Source: Diplonema japonicum
Taxonomy: Eukaryota; Protista; Euglenozoa: Diplonemea
Assembly: GCA_964019335.1 (NCBI GenBank)
Contig: OZ025648.1
Coordinates: forward strand, 62,001 to 126,000
Direction of reading: 5' to 3'
Length of the DNA stretch: 64,000 bases
The notes under the pieces were generated by a model. That model was not told where the DNA came from. It saw only the letters and a program-made list of their open reading frames with translations, and did no database searches. Positions 38,732 through 49,983 of the stretch are shown one piece after another; positions within the stretch are counted from its first letter, which is position 1; every line of letters begins with the position of its first letter. Both the position numbers and the translations under genes were made by a program.

Positions 38732-38800
38732 CCGTAAACACGTTGCCAACGTTTCCCTTTTTGCTTAGACAAGTCAAAAACTTGCTCTGCAAAAAAAAAA
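38732..38800 (+). repeat. Short dispersed repeat shared with the CUB-gene intron, followed by an A-run
   Basis: CCGTAAACACGTTGCCAACG..TTAGACAAGTCAAA matches 25654-25699 (first 20 nt identical); both copies are followed by TGC plus an A-run. Confidence 0.75.
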
Positions 38801-38933
38801 GGGGGGGGAAGAAGGTGGTAGGGTTTATTTTATTTTTTTGTTGTACGTTTTGCTTCCAATATTAAATCTTTTTTTTTGAAAACTATTGAGTAACATTTTT
38901 CGCCATTCAAACTTTTTTTTTTCAATAATTTAA

Positions 38934-40732
38934 CCATCTACCAACGGACCATTTTTGCCCACCAGGGGGTAAATTTTCAAAACTTCAAAAAAAGCTATTC
39001 TAGCGCAACGCCGGGGCTATATGCCCCCGAAAATGCCTCCAGATGTCCCAATTCTAGAGAGAGGGTGCCCACAGCAGGGCCCACCCCCACAACATTGTCA
39101 AAAATATCGTTCCTGAAGTGCTCGAGAGGGGGTACAAAAAACAAGTCAAAAAATCGACTGTAAAATTCTATAAAAAGCTATTTAAGGCCTTCTTGTCGCG
39201 GTTCGTACGTGCCCCAGGGCTGGGGGACTTCTTTTTTGACCCCGAGAGGGGTTTCTGGGGGGTATCCCCGGCAAGGTGGCAGTCTTTGAAGCACGGAGTC
39301 ACGCAAAGTTGTACAAGCAGGCTGAACACTGAAATAGGGGTCTTTTCGACCTGAAATGCTTGCACCGCACGTTGCACTACTTTTTCGGGGAAATGGTCCC
39401 AGAAGGTACTGTCACGGCGCATTGGGGTCTCAGAGCACTCGTTCTGTGTTTCGGGGCATGGTATTGGGGCAGCCTGCTCTGTAGTTGACTTTATCTGTTG
39501 TTTAGACTGCCTCCCTAGTAGCCCTTCGATGACTGCCTCTTTGAAAGGCGTCAATACACTGTCGTTCGTACTCAGGGTGTTGGGGGGCAGGCTTCTTTCC
39601 AAACAAGCCAAGCATTCGCCAGAGATTTACCTAACAAGTACGAAAATACTTTTAGGGGCCACTTTTAAGTCATAAGGGTGCGTTTATGGCGTTTTGTCAC
39701 AGCGTCACCCAGCGTCGGTTCCGCCCATTGCGGTGTTGTAAATATGCACTTGGTGGGGAACAAGATGTCCTTTCCGGCTTTCATTCTCTTTTGGCGGACG
39801 GTCAAATTTGACTTCACTGGAACATCCAACGTCGATAGAAAGCACACAGGCTTGATGTCATGCCACGTTGTGGTGCAAAGGATGCTCGCGTGCTGGTGGA
39901 ACTGTGTCCCCACGGGATGCGCGTCCTTGGGCTTGCGGCCTCGCTTCTTTGGGGCATCCATGATCTCCGGGAGGCCTTCGCGATAGGTAGAAGTCAGCAC
40001 GCTTGTTTGTTTCGCTGTGGAAACACAGATTTCCCAGAATAGTCAAAAAGCGGTCTCTTGACATGACGGTAGCGTACCCAGGTGTAGTTGAGAAACGTGG
40101 AGCCAGTGCACCAGTAATCAGAATAATCTGGCTTGATATCCAAGTCCATCGACAAAAGGACACCTAGGAAGGTACGCAGAGAAGCAGCATCGAGATCCAG
40201 GGAGACACCTTTTTTAGCCGCATTTGCTACATTGTTCGAAGTTATGACCCGAATAAAGTTTGGACGAGCATTTGGGAGAATATATGGAATGGCGTTGAGC
40301 CTCTGATGTCAAAACAGGGTCCACAAGGATTCCGATCTTCACGAAACCGGATGCCTTCCGACTGCTCCGGCTTTGCCGTCCAATCACCCTGCTGTGACTC
40401 GGAATCGGTCGAATTCGTGTCAGAATCACTGTTTGTATCAAAATTGCATAATAGGGATGAGCCATCAGTGCTGCCATCACTCATAACGTCCTCTTCCGGC
40501 CTCTTTCCGGGCGCCTTTTTTTGAAGTGATTTTTAAGGGTAAATTTGGGCTGGCGTTTTTTTTTATTTTTTCATTTTCTTGTTAAGTTAGGGCAGCATTT
40601 AGTTTATATTTTTCATATTTTCCGCGCAGGACCCCGCCGGCAAGAAAGGGCCGGGCCGTATTGCATTGAAAGCCCTTTGCGTAAAAGATTTTTTTTCAAA
40701 TCGTCTATATATAGACGCTCGTTGATAGATGG
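38934..40732 (-). mobile_element. piggyBac-family DNA transposon, non-autonomous and internally deleted, 1799 bp
   Basis: TTAA at 38930-38933 and 40733-40736. 13-bp TIR CCATCTA(C/T)CAACG with 12/13 match. Frameshifted transposase remnants: acidic N-terminus, TPFHIF, MSRDRFLTILGNLCF, WHDIKPVCFLST, YNTAMGGTD, LCVTPCFKDCH. Confidence 0.9.
39280..40484 (-). pseudogene. Degraded piggyBac transposase
   Basis: Motifs spread over several frames with stops. The segment between MSRDRF and W.D.K.V..LST is far too short to hold the first two catalytic aspartates. Confidence 0.8.
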
Positions 40733-41742
40733 TTAAAATATAAAAAAAAAAGGTCGCTCTTTAAAAAATATTGACAAAAAAGAAAACAAAAAGGTAAACT
40801 GCTGCAGCTGGCCCTGTCACAAATATGGGGGGGGGGGGGGGGGGGGAGAGAGAACGGTAAAGAAGGAAGGGAAGAAGGGTGCAAATATGGATGGGAGCAG
40901 TCAGGAAGCAACTGGTAATAATAATCTTTTTCATTTTCATTTTCATTTCTTTTTCTTTTTTTTCCCTCTTTCTTTTCTACTTTTCGATTCTTTTTTTTTG
41001 TAACACCTCTTTTGCAGAAATGAAAAAAGAAAAAAAAACAAAAGAAAGAAAAAAAAGCACAAGTACCAAAAATCACGCAAACAGCACGCGACGAGTGTTT
41101 CTTTTCTTTTTCCGATTTTCTTTTTTTTCCCCCCCCCTGCTTTTGTCTTTGCATGCCAAAAAAAAAAAAAAAAAAAAAAAAAAGAGACATTTAAGGGTAC
41201 CTGCGGTATGTGGCAGGACGCCTAAAAAAGACCTTGATAAAATTTCAGTGTGGCTCACTGGAAAAAAAAAAAAAAATCCTTCAGTACCAACAATATTCTA
41301 TTGCAATACCGCATGGCCTATTGCGCAACAAAAGCACTGCTTTAAGAGAAAAAAAAAACCTGAATCGGGGAAGAGAAAAAGGCGGGAGGGGTGAGGGAAA
41401 CAAAGAGATATAAATAAAAAAAAAACAATATAAAAAAAAAAGACAACTGACCAATCCAATGGACAGATGCAACGAGGGAATGGAGAGAGAGAAAAAGAAT
41501 AACAAAAAAAGATGTTTTTGAAGAAAAAAAACCCTTCTTTTTCATGTTCTCCCCCTCCTTTTCTTCCCCCCCCCCCTCCCTCTTTGGGCCTACCTCAACT
41601 ATATCCACACTTGGGGACGAAAGAGGAAGAGGAAAAAAATGGGGGGGGGTGAAAGTGCTTTTTAAATCAATAAAAAAGTTTTTTCTTCTCACTCGTATCA
41701 GTAAGCTGGGACACCGCTTTTCTTAACAAAAAAAGAAGGGGA

Positions 41743-44700
41743 CTACAAAATGACCTCCACACCAGTGTGCCCGTCAGGGCATGACCCGTAACAGCAATCA
41801 ACAGCCTTGCTGGTCTTGCCGCAGTTTCCTGCCCCAACACTGCCGGGGCAGCCATTCCTATCACCTGACTGCGTGCACCAATCGAGCGACCATTCGCTTC
41901 CATGTGGCTGCGACTTGTCGTAGTTCACCTGTGATTGTGAAGGTGTTCGATATTCGTTGTCTACTAGCCATCCCATACCTTAATGTAGTGGGTGTGCGCA
42001 TTGGCTAGTGTAGAGGTCTTGTAGACATAGGTCCTGCGGCCTTCCTTCAGGTCGAGCATCTCTGACGGGGAGATGTGAACCTGTTTCAAATAAAATGGGT
42101 GGAAAGAAAAAAAAAGGGGGGGGGGAAATAACACCTGGTGGTTGTGGCCGCTGCCTAGCAGTTTCAGGTCTGCCCCGTACGCCTCCGATCGTGTCTCCTC
42201 GATGATGTCCTTGATCTCCTGGTTGTCCTTCCCCATGATCAGCTCCTCCACCGCCTTCACCTCCTTGAAGATCGTGTTCCCGTGCTCGTGGACGGGGAAC
42301 ACAGGCCACCTCTGCCTGATTTTGCCTTCGATGCTGTCGATCTCCGGGAAGAGGATCCAATGCCCCGAGGCACGGACCTCCCTCTTGGTCCCCGACTGGT
42401 CCAGCACGTACGTCACACCGCCAGACGTGTCTGCTGCGTCGACCTGCGTGGCGTCCTTAAAGAAGGTAGCGGGCGTGCGGTAGAAGAGGTCCTGCCTGGT
42501 CCCCTTGTACGGCTTGTCGGTCTTCCCGTTCCTGCCGCCTGTGGTGACGTCGTCGTACATAGGCTTGTCGCTCCTGCTGTAGTAGGGGATGTTGTAGGGG
42601 TTCCACTTGGAGAGGGGTGTGAGGTAGATGATCTCCAACGGGATGGAGTACGACCATCTTTGTTCCCAGCACTTCTTGTACACGCACTGTCTGCGGGATG
42701 TCCACGCACACTTCGCCCCTGTCGCCCCGCCGGTCACCTGTGACTCGTCCCAGCTCCCGACACAGGTCTCCCTGCTCTTATACGACAAACACTCTGCGTC
42801 CCTGTCCTTGTCGGCCTGAGGGGACACTTTCAGGTTCTCAGGGTCCAGCTTGGTGCACACTTTCAGGGGGTTGACCCTCTTGTGGGTCGTCTGCGCTGCA
42901 AACATGTAATCGTTGAAAGCCCTCTTCTTGTCTGTCCTCCCCATGGCGTCCTTCTGCAGCATGGAGTAGTACCTAGTGTACCTTGCGGTGTTCAGCGCAG
43001 CATTCCCGTCTGGGGTGGCGCACGTGGCACCGAAGGACTCGTCCAGCAAGTTGGCGTTCGGCCCGTCGAACCCGGAGATTTGGTACATGAGCTCATCGAG
43101 GTACTCGTACTTTGTCTTACCCTTGGGCCACGGTGACGTCGCCTTCCACTTGTCGGGCATCGTGGGGTTCAAGTCGAACACGGCACGCACCGTCTTCGCC
43201 ATCTTCTCCCTTGTAGCAGGCTTTGATTCACGCATCTGCAAGTGTACCTCGTCCTTTACCCTAAACCTTGAGGTGGGGAGGTGGTCGGCAAGCGGCTTGC
43301 AACTAATCCTGTAGAACCACTGCGCGAGGTTAGGCTCGAATGTGTCGGAGTCACCACTCTTCTCGATCATGCTCCTGATGGATGTCGGGAGGTATGGGAG
43401 GTTCTCGAGGTTGTTCTTCTGCCCGTTCTGGAACAAGAAGTTTGTTTTCTCGTTCAGATCGTTCCACCCGTCGGCGTCGATGTGGTGGCGCTCCGAGGAG
43501 AAAGGCTCAGCGACGTCCTCTTGAGCATTAATCCACGTGCCCTCCAAGTAGCAGAGCACGGGCCTGAAGTAGTCCGTGTAGTTACGGTGTGTAGTATTCT
43601 GCGTGTGCCAGGCACGGAACCACTCCCTCATCTCGGCGACCTGGTTGTTAACATTGCCTGCGTTCAGGACATCAGGGGGAACCTCGGGGTACTCAATGTC
43701 CTTCGATGCAGGGGGCCACTTGCTGATGTACTCGCTGACGGTCTTGGAATTGTCGGGTTCGACCATGGAGTAGTCGTTGTGGCGGGTTGTGAACTGCACA
43801 CCGTTCAGCACAGCACCAAACTCACCCATACCAATGGTGTGGTGCGTGTTGGCGTGGTTGTGGATGTTCACCACACCATACGCCGCGTACGACCCGTCGT
43901 GGTAGGCGCTGGTGCCCTGCCCCCATGAACGCACTATTGTAACACCACTGTTGCCCTGCTCCCTCACTCGCTCTTGGATGCGAGTCTCGTACGAAATGAG
44001 CTGGCGACCTAGTGCAGCAACAGCACCCTTCAATCTCTCGACAGACTGCGAGTCCACCTGCTGGCCACCAGACACACCGTACTTAGACGGGTCATAAAGG
44101 GGACACGTCGCCATCACCTTCTCAGTAGGGTCAAGCACAACTACAGCAAGCTTCACATTCCTACCCCAACCCTTGTTTTTCGAGGAAACAGCACCGGTCG
44201 GTTTGACCTTGCTATCCCAGCAGTACTCCCTGCGGTCGGGGTCGGACACACCAGACTTGGATGACCCGAAGAACCACGTGCCCGCAGTATCCAGCGTAAT
44301 GGTGAAGTTCTTCCCCGCCCTCTCCAAGCCCTCGTAGTCCACCCTACCCGCCAGCAGGGTTGCCTTGTCGAAGTCGCATTCGTCGAAAGCCTGCTGGCTG
44401 TTGAACTGCCACACGTTGTTGTTCTTGTCAGTCCCCCTCCAGAAGACAAGGGTGTCGCCCTTGTACGCGAAGATGGGCGCGTTGTACATGTTCGACGTCC
44501 ACCTGCAGTTCATGTCGGTGATGACGTCCCTAGTCAACATCGAGGGACCCGACGCGGAGGCGGCACCACCACGCAGCGCTGACCCGCCGATAACGCAGCT
44601 GTTAGCCGTGCTGCCACTCTGTCTGTAGGCGTAGCGGGTTACGGGGATGTAGATTTCGGTTGTGTTTGGCTCGATGGTGCAGTACCCGTTGAGGCCGTTG

Positions 44701-45263
44701 CTTCCAGCCAGGCCCGTCGTATTGTCCAGCTTTGCAGAGAGGTTGGCAACGAGGTCCCTGAGGTCTTGGAACTCCTGCGAAGTCGGTTGGGAGGGGGTGG
44801 AAACAGGAGCGGAAGTAGGTGCATCGGTGGGGGGTATCCCAGGTGCACTGGTGGGTTCAGCTGTGACCGGTGGAGGGACATTGCATTTCGTGCACGCAGT
44901 CAAAGATTGGATCTGTGTCTGCATGGCTTCCAACCTTGTCTCAAGGGTCGTGACACGCTGCTGCAGTGCGTCGGTGCCCACAGTCTTCTTCCAAAGCACA
45001 CCGTTGCTCCATTCAATGACCCCGAGCTTTGCGTTGCTCATACCACGCACCCCGATGGCCTGAAGCAGCCCACCGCTGGGCACCACCTCCTCGTCAAGGA
45101 GCGTGGCACTGCCGTACTTGCTGGTCAAGACACACGAACCAGTGGCGTCGTCTGCCGTCACACTCATCACATCCTCAGTAGCACTGTCATACCATTCGCC
45201 CTTCATGTCTATACACCCACCTGCCGCGCCTGCAACGCATGTGAGCAGCAGAAACGCTCGCAT
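41743..45263 (-). CDS. Secreted multidomain protein: coiled coil, cupredoxin/phytocyanin-like domain, large uncharacterised domain and His-motif C-terminus, ~1138 aa
   Basis: Signal peptide MRAFLLLTCVAGAAG. Exons 42135-45263, 41979-42080 and 41743-41928 via introns 42081-42134 (54 nt, in frame) and 41929-41978 (50 nt). GDTLVF..NVWQ..FDECDF..L..GTWFFG pattern; IHNHANTHH, TRHNDY, GHNH, AHTH, CPDGH. Confidence 0.8.
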
Positions 45264-45393
45264 ATTTCCTTTGCGTACTACCTAAGGGGAATGGAGGACC
45301 GACGTAAGGAAACAAACGAAAAAAGAGAAAATCTATAACAGAAAATATCAGCGGGGGAGGGGGCTTCTAATATCTAGCTTCTAAACACATCTA

Positions 45394-46443
45394 TCAATAA
45401 TACTCGAAGCAGTCTGCAACGGTGTCACTTGGCTGTGTGCGGACGCCGGCTGTGGGGAGGTCGCGTATCTTGTACGGGATGGATCTGAAGGTGGAGGATT
45501 TGAGAGCGTCCGCAGTGCAGTGCTTGGAGAGGTGCAGCACTTCGCCGTCAGAGACGGTGTCGTAGGTGAGAATTACAGGCCTGCCGTTGGAGTCGTTCAG
45601 CACCACGGGGTGAGTGGGTGGGAGCTGCAGCGTCTTCTTCACAGTCGCTTCCAGGGCTGCTCGTTCGTCACGCTTTCGTATCCTGAGCTTCACCTTGCCG
45701 TCATTCAGCAGCACGAACTTGCTTTCGTCGGACACTTGGATCACGACAGGCTCTTGAGGCACCGGTGGGCACGCCATGTCCTTCTGCTTAGAACGCACCT
45801 GCATTCTGCCATCCTCAACCTCAGCTGCCTTGCTCCGTTCACACCCAATTGAAGTGCTCCGTTTAGTGCTCACATGTTTCCTAACCTCCCTTACAGGGGG
45901 CTTTGCGTTGTGTGTTTTCATGTAGTTTCTCTCCACAATTGGATTGACGTTCTTCCACCCGTAGGCATGGAAGGGCGGGCTGAACGAGGAGTCCGGCACA
46001 AAACGACCATCTCGAAGCGCTTTTCGGCTTTTAAGAGTGGTGTTCTTGGGAGCCAGTTGCTTGGGTGGTTGTGTGGGTTCCTCGCATCGCAGGTCTCTTA
46101 CTGTCACCTGCATACCAACATCGGCATATGTCTGTGGGGCCTGGGCTGGGACGCCGGTGGATTGTGGCGTGCTAGGAACAGCGGTAGTTCTCTCAGAGGT
46201 TTCCACTACAAGAATCTCTTCCTCCTCCTCTTCACTCTTATGGTATAACGCAGGGTTGTAGTGCCTTGTTCGTCTTTTCTCTCTCTCTATTCTCTGCTCT
46301 TTCAACGTCAGGTGGTTCGGTTCAAACCCGGGATAGAAAAACTGCGAATCGTTCTCTGTTGTCCACCTCTCCCTCCTTTCCATTACCGAGGCGCCCCTAC
46401 TCCTCGTTTTGCTTTGGTACCTCTCTGGCACGTACGAACTCAT
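45394..46443 (-). CDS. Hypothetical protein
   Basis: ~349-codon ORF from ATG 46443, coding-like composition, same strand as the cluster; no family recognised. Confidence 0.7.
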   Translation of the reverse strand: MSSYVPERYQSKTRSRGASVMERRERWTTENDSQFFYPGFEPNHLTLKEQRIEREKRRTRHYNPALYHKSEEEEEEILVVETSERTTAVPSTPQSTGVPAQAPQTYADVGMQVTVRDLRCEEPTQPPKQLAPKNTTLKSRKALRDGRFVPDSSFSPPFHAYGWKNVNPIVERNYMKTHNAKPPVREVRKHVSTKRSTSIGCERSKAAEVEDGRMQVRSKQKDMACPPVPQEPVVIQVSDESKFVLLNDGKVKLRIRKRDERAALEATVKKTLQLPPTHPVVLNDSNGRPVILTYDTVSDGEVLHLSKHCTADALKSSTFRSIPYKIRDLPTAGVRTQPSDTVADCFEYY

Positions 46444-46812
46444 CTTCCCCTCTGTAGTCTTTGCTTTACTACGGAACAAATATTAAGGAGAGCGAGAGAG
46501 AAAATTAAGAAGGCAACCCCCCCGAAAGGAAGGGTGTCGATAAAAAAAGGGGAAGAGGGAGGAAGCCACGCGGAGCCGTGCCGGCTCAGCTGGGTATAAG
46601 GAGCGTCAAATACAAACAAAAAACGGAAAACGGCGGGTTTTCTTCAAGGCATTCCCCCTTTGCATCTTTTTTAAATCTTGGGGGAAAAGAAGGGAACATA
46701 GCGAAGCGAAAGCGAGGGCAGGGGAATAGTGTAATGTACAACGAGGCAAGAAAGCGATTATCAGGAAAATATATGTCACATGTGGCTGAGCACTCTCAAG
46801 CGAAAGAGGAGC

Positions 46813-49800
46813 CTATTTCTTCTCTCTGGCAAGGATGGCAGCATTGATGAGCTCCTTGGTGTTAATAGAGCCGAGGCCGGAAGCAGGATCCCAACCCTTG
46901 GTCGCCGTAAAACCGTTTTTCCCACAGCAACTGGAAGAACACTTGTTGTTGCCCTCAGTGACATCGTGAAAGACGTCAGGGTTGGTACCGGCAAGCTTGT
47001 AGAGAAGGGGGTTGGCAAACCCCAATTTAGGGGATGAAGATGTTGTGCCATTGGTTTTTGAGTGAAACTTTTTGACAAGCTGGTCGTTCACGACGCTGAA
47101 GATGCCTGCCACAACAGGGGTGGAAGCTGAAGTCCCGTCTGTAGGCATCCACATGGCCATCCACACTGCGTAGTTGTGAGCGACTGCGCTCACATCAGGG
47201 TATCCCCTCCCTGCCGCGTTGTACTTGTCTGCTGGCGGGAGTGTTGCAGCCTCATTCTTGAGGTACGCACTCACAACTGCCTCCTGGTACGCGGGCCTTG
47301 AGCTGTACACGCTGAACCCACCCCCTGATGTGATGCTTGCATCTGGGTATGTTGCTACCACCTCGTCACTCCCCGTTATGCACCCACCATTCTGCAGGCA
47401 CAACTCAGAAATTTGTGGTGCATGCAGTCTTTCCTTCGCATCCATCCCGCATTCGAACTTCACGTACGTCCCCGCCGTGTCCACAAGGCACTTCCCGCAT
47501 GGGATGTCCTCCTTCTGTGCGAACCCTTCACACTTCCTAGACCCTGCATAGATGGTCTCCACAACCGACGCCCCCAGCCTGCACCCTACCTCTGCCGAGT
47601 TCTTCCCGTCGTCCGACACCAAGCACTTCCCAATCGGCAGCTCCGTGGTCTTGCAGTCCTTCTTGCATTTCGAATCCTTGCAGATCATTTGCGACACTGT
47701 CTTCGCTTCAACGGGGACGAATGCGGGGAGACCCTTGAGATCCTCTTTCTTATCTAAACCACAACTGAAGTACACGTAGGTGCCAGAAGTGTCAACCAGG
47801 CACTTGTTGCATTCGATGGTCTCTTTCTGTGCAAACCCTTCACACTTCTTGGACCCTGCATAGATGGTCTCCACGATTGACATCCCCAGTTTGCACCCAA
47901 CAGTGGCTGAGTTCTTGCCGTCATCCGAAACTAGGCACTCTCCAACAGGCAGTTCTGTAGTCTTGCAGTTCTTGGTGCACTTCGAGTCGTGGCATATCTT
48001 CTGCGTCACGGACTTGCCGGTGACGCCCTCCTTTCGGTACGTCTGAACGGGTACAGGTGCGGGGAGTCCCTTGAGATCCTCTTTCTTATCTAAACCACAA
48101 CTGAAGTACACGTAGGTGCCAGAAGTGTCAACCAGGCACTTGTTGCATTCGATGGTCTCTTTCTGTGCGAACCCTTCACACTTCTTGGACCCTGCATAGA
48201 TGGTCTCCACGATTGACATCCCCAGTTTGCACCCAACAGTGGCTGAGTTCTTGCCGTCATCCGAAACTAGGCACTCTCCAACAGGCAGTTCTGTAGTCTT
48301 GCAGTTCTTGGTGCACTTCGAGTCGTGGCATATCTTCTGCGTCACGGACTTGCCGGTGACACTCTTCTTGTGGGCAACCTTCTTTCGGTACGTCTGAACG
48401 GGTGCGGGGAGTCCCTTGGGGTCCTCATCTAAACCACAGCTGAAGTACACGTAGGTGCCAGAAGTGTCCACCAGGCACTTGTTGCATTCGATGGTCTCTT
48501 TCTGTGCAAACCCTTCACACTTCTTGGACCCTGCATAGATGGTCTCAACGATTGACATCCCCAGTTTGCACCCAACAGTGGCTGAGTTCTTGCCGTCATC
48601 TGAAACTAGGCACTCTCCAACAGGCAGTTCTGTAGTCTTGCAGTTCTTGGTGCACTTCGAGTCGTGGCATATCTTCTGCGTCACGGACTTGGTCTTATAA
48701 ATCCTAGCTGGCTGAGTAAAAGTACTAACTGGCCCGTCTATAGCTTTCTTGATCATAGTTCCCCCTACAGTGGTCACGTACGGCGATGCAGCAGGGAACA
48801 TGGAGTCGAGGGGCAGTTTCGGAGAGCACTTTGCACCGTCTATGTTGCCTGGTGCACCGTCATCGCCCGAAGACACCACCAGGGTAACCCCTGATGTGCC
48901 AATTTTCATGAATTCAGTGTTCGTACGCTCTACGTACTGCTGTGAGTCGACGCCAAGCTCCTTGCACGTGGGGTTCGGCTTTCCGGTGGGTTGCAAACAT
49001 TGAGACACTTCGCTCCAAGAGTAGCTGATGCTAACCACTGTGATGCCTGTGCCCTTGTTGAAGAAGTCACTCCCAAACTCGTACATCCAGCGCTGCTCCG
49101 TCCAGTACACGGTGTGTGCACCCCTGCCCACGGCAAGGAGGTACTCGATGTCGAGGCTCGACTCTAGCTCCCCCTCATCTGAGTTGAACGGTCCTATGAT
49201 AGTCGGTGCCACTGCACCTGGGATCCCTGCAAGCTGGAAAAAGCTTTTGTAGCCTTTCCCGCCTGTGAGGTAGTACGGCATGTAGGCACCAGCATCCAGG
49301 AACTCAACCACGCCTTGCGAGCCGCTCAAGGGGTAGACACTCTCGTCGATGTTGTATAAACGGTAAAGTGACGAGGGCCCCACGGTACCACCGTCGATGG
49401 CGCGCAGAGGCTTGCGGGAGGGCTTTACTCCCCGGGTGGGGAAGAAGGCTAGCCCAGTAATTAGGTCGATTCCCTTGGGGAGTTTCTTAACAGTCCCCTG
49501 TGCCGCGACTGTGGTGGAGTTGGAGCCGCTGTGCTTGAAGGTCCTGAAGACGAGAGAAGGGAACAACTTCTTCAACTTTACTACAGTAGTTTGCAGCTTG
49601 ATGCTGTCTACGTTGTTGCGGTCCCATTCACTGCTTGCCACACTTGCCTTCTCAAGCCACCTCGTCACACTCCTCACCATTTCCTCAGACGGTGCAAGCT
49701 TGTTGTTGATGTCCTTCACACTCAAGTGCTTCCCGTAGTCCTCGTGGTCAGGATCGCTCACTGCTTCGAAGCGCTCCTTTAGCCACGCAAGGTTCCTCTG

Positions 49801-49923
49801 CTTCAAAGCGATCCTGAGCTGCATGGTGTCCCTCTTGGACGCAGGCCCCACGTCAACCCAGTTATGAGGAGCGCCATTGAGGCTGAAAAGCCCCAATGCG
49901 AGGCCTGAGAATAGAAGCAACAT
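46813..49923 (-). CDS. Sedolisin/tripeptidyl-peptidase I-like S53 peptidase with prodomain and a four-repeat Cys-rich insertion
   Basis: Signal peptide; prodomain VSDP..YGKHLS; catalytic ESSLD, SSGDDG, GTSASTP; PAASPYVTTVGGT, GRGYPDVSA, GWDPASGLG. Confidence 0.92.
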   Translation of the reverse strand: MLLLFSGLALGLFSLNGAPHNWVDVGPASKRDTMQLRIALKQRNLAWLKERFEAVSDPDHEDYGKHLSVKDINNKLAPSEEMVRSVTRWLEKASVASSEWDRNNVDSIKLQTTVVKLKKLFPSLVFRTFKHSGSNSTTVAAQGTVKKLPKGIDLITGLAFFPTRGVKPSRKPLRAIDGGTVGPSSLYRLYNIDESVYPLSGSQGVVEFLDAGAYMPYYLTGGKGYKSFFQLAGIPGAVAPTIIGPFNSDEGELESSLDIEYLLAVGRGAHTVYWTEQRWMYEFGSDFFNKGTGITVVSISYSWSEVSQCLQPTGKPNPTCKELGVDSQQYVERTNTEFMKIGTSGVTLVVSSGDDGAPGNIDGAKCSPKLPLDSMFPAASPYVTTVGGTMIKKAIDGPVSTFTQPARIYKTKSVTQKICHDSKCTKNCKTTELPVGECLVSDDGKNSATVGCKLGMSIVETIYAGSKKCEGFAQKETIECNKCLVDTSGTYVYFSCGLDEDPKGLPAPVQTYRKKVAHKKSVTGKSVTQKICHDSKCTKNCKTTELPVGECLVSDDGKNSATVGCKLGMSIVETIYAGSKKCEGFAQKETIECNKCLVDTSGTYVYFSCGLDKKEDLKGLPAPVPVQTYRKEGVTGKSVTQKICHDSKCTKNCKTTELPVGECLVSDDGKNSATVGCKLGMSIVETIYAGSKKCEGFAQKETIECNKCLVDTSGTYVYFSCGLDKKEDLKGLPAFVPVEAKTVSQMICKDSKCKKDCKTTELPIGKCLVSDDGKNSAEVGCRLGASVVETIYAGSRKCEGFAQKEDIPCGKCLVDTAGTYVKFECGMDAKERLHAPQISELCLQNGGCITGSDEVVATYPDASITSGGGFSVYSSRPAYQEAVVSAYLKNEAATLPPADKYNAAGRGYPDVSAVAHNYAVWMAMWMPTDGTSASTPVVAGIFSVVNDQLVKKFHSKTNGTTSSSPKLGFANPLLYKLAGTNPDVFHDVTEGNNKCSSSCCGKNGFTATKGWDPASGLGSINTKELINAAILAREKK
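47446..48690 (-). repeat. Four 258-bp (86-aa, 9-Cys) coding repeats
   Basis: 48433-48690, 48094-48351 and 47758-48015 encode identical peptides; 47446-47703 is diverged. Confidence 0.92.
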
Positions 49924-49983
49924 AGTACAGTACCTGCATAAGAAGTATGGGAGAGTTAAGACAAGCTGAATACTATGATTGTG

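Noticed and set aside
46575-46620. tRNA-like start (GGCTCAGCTGG, A-box-like)
   Set aside because: No B-box/T-arm or acceptor stem follows.
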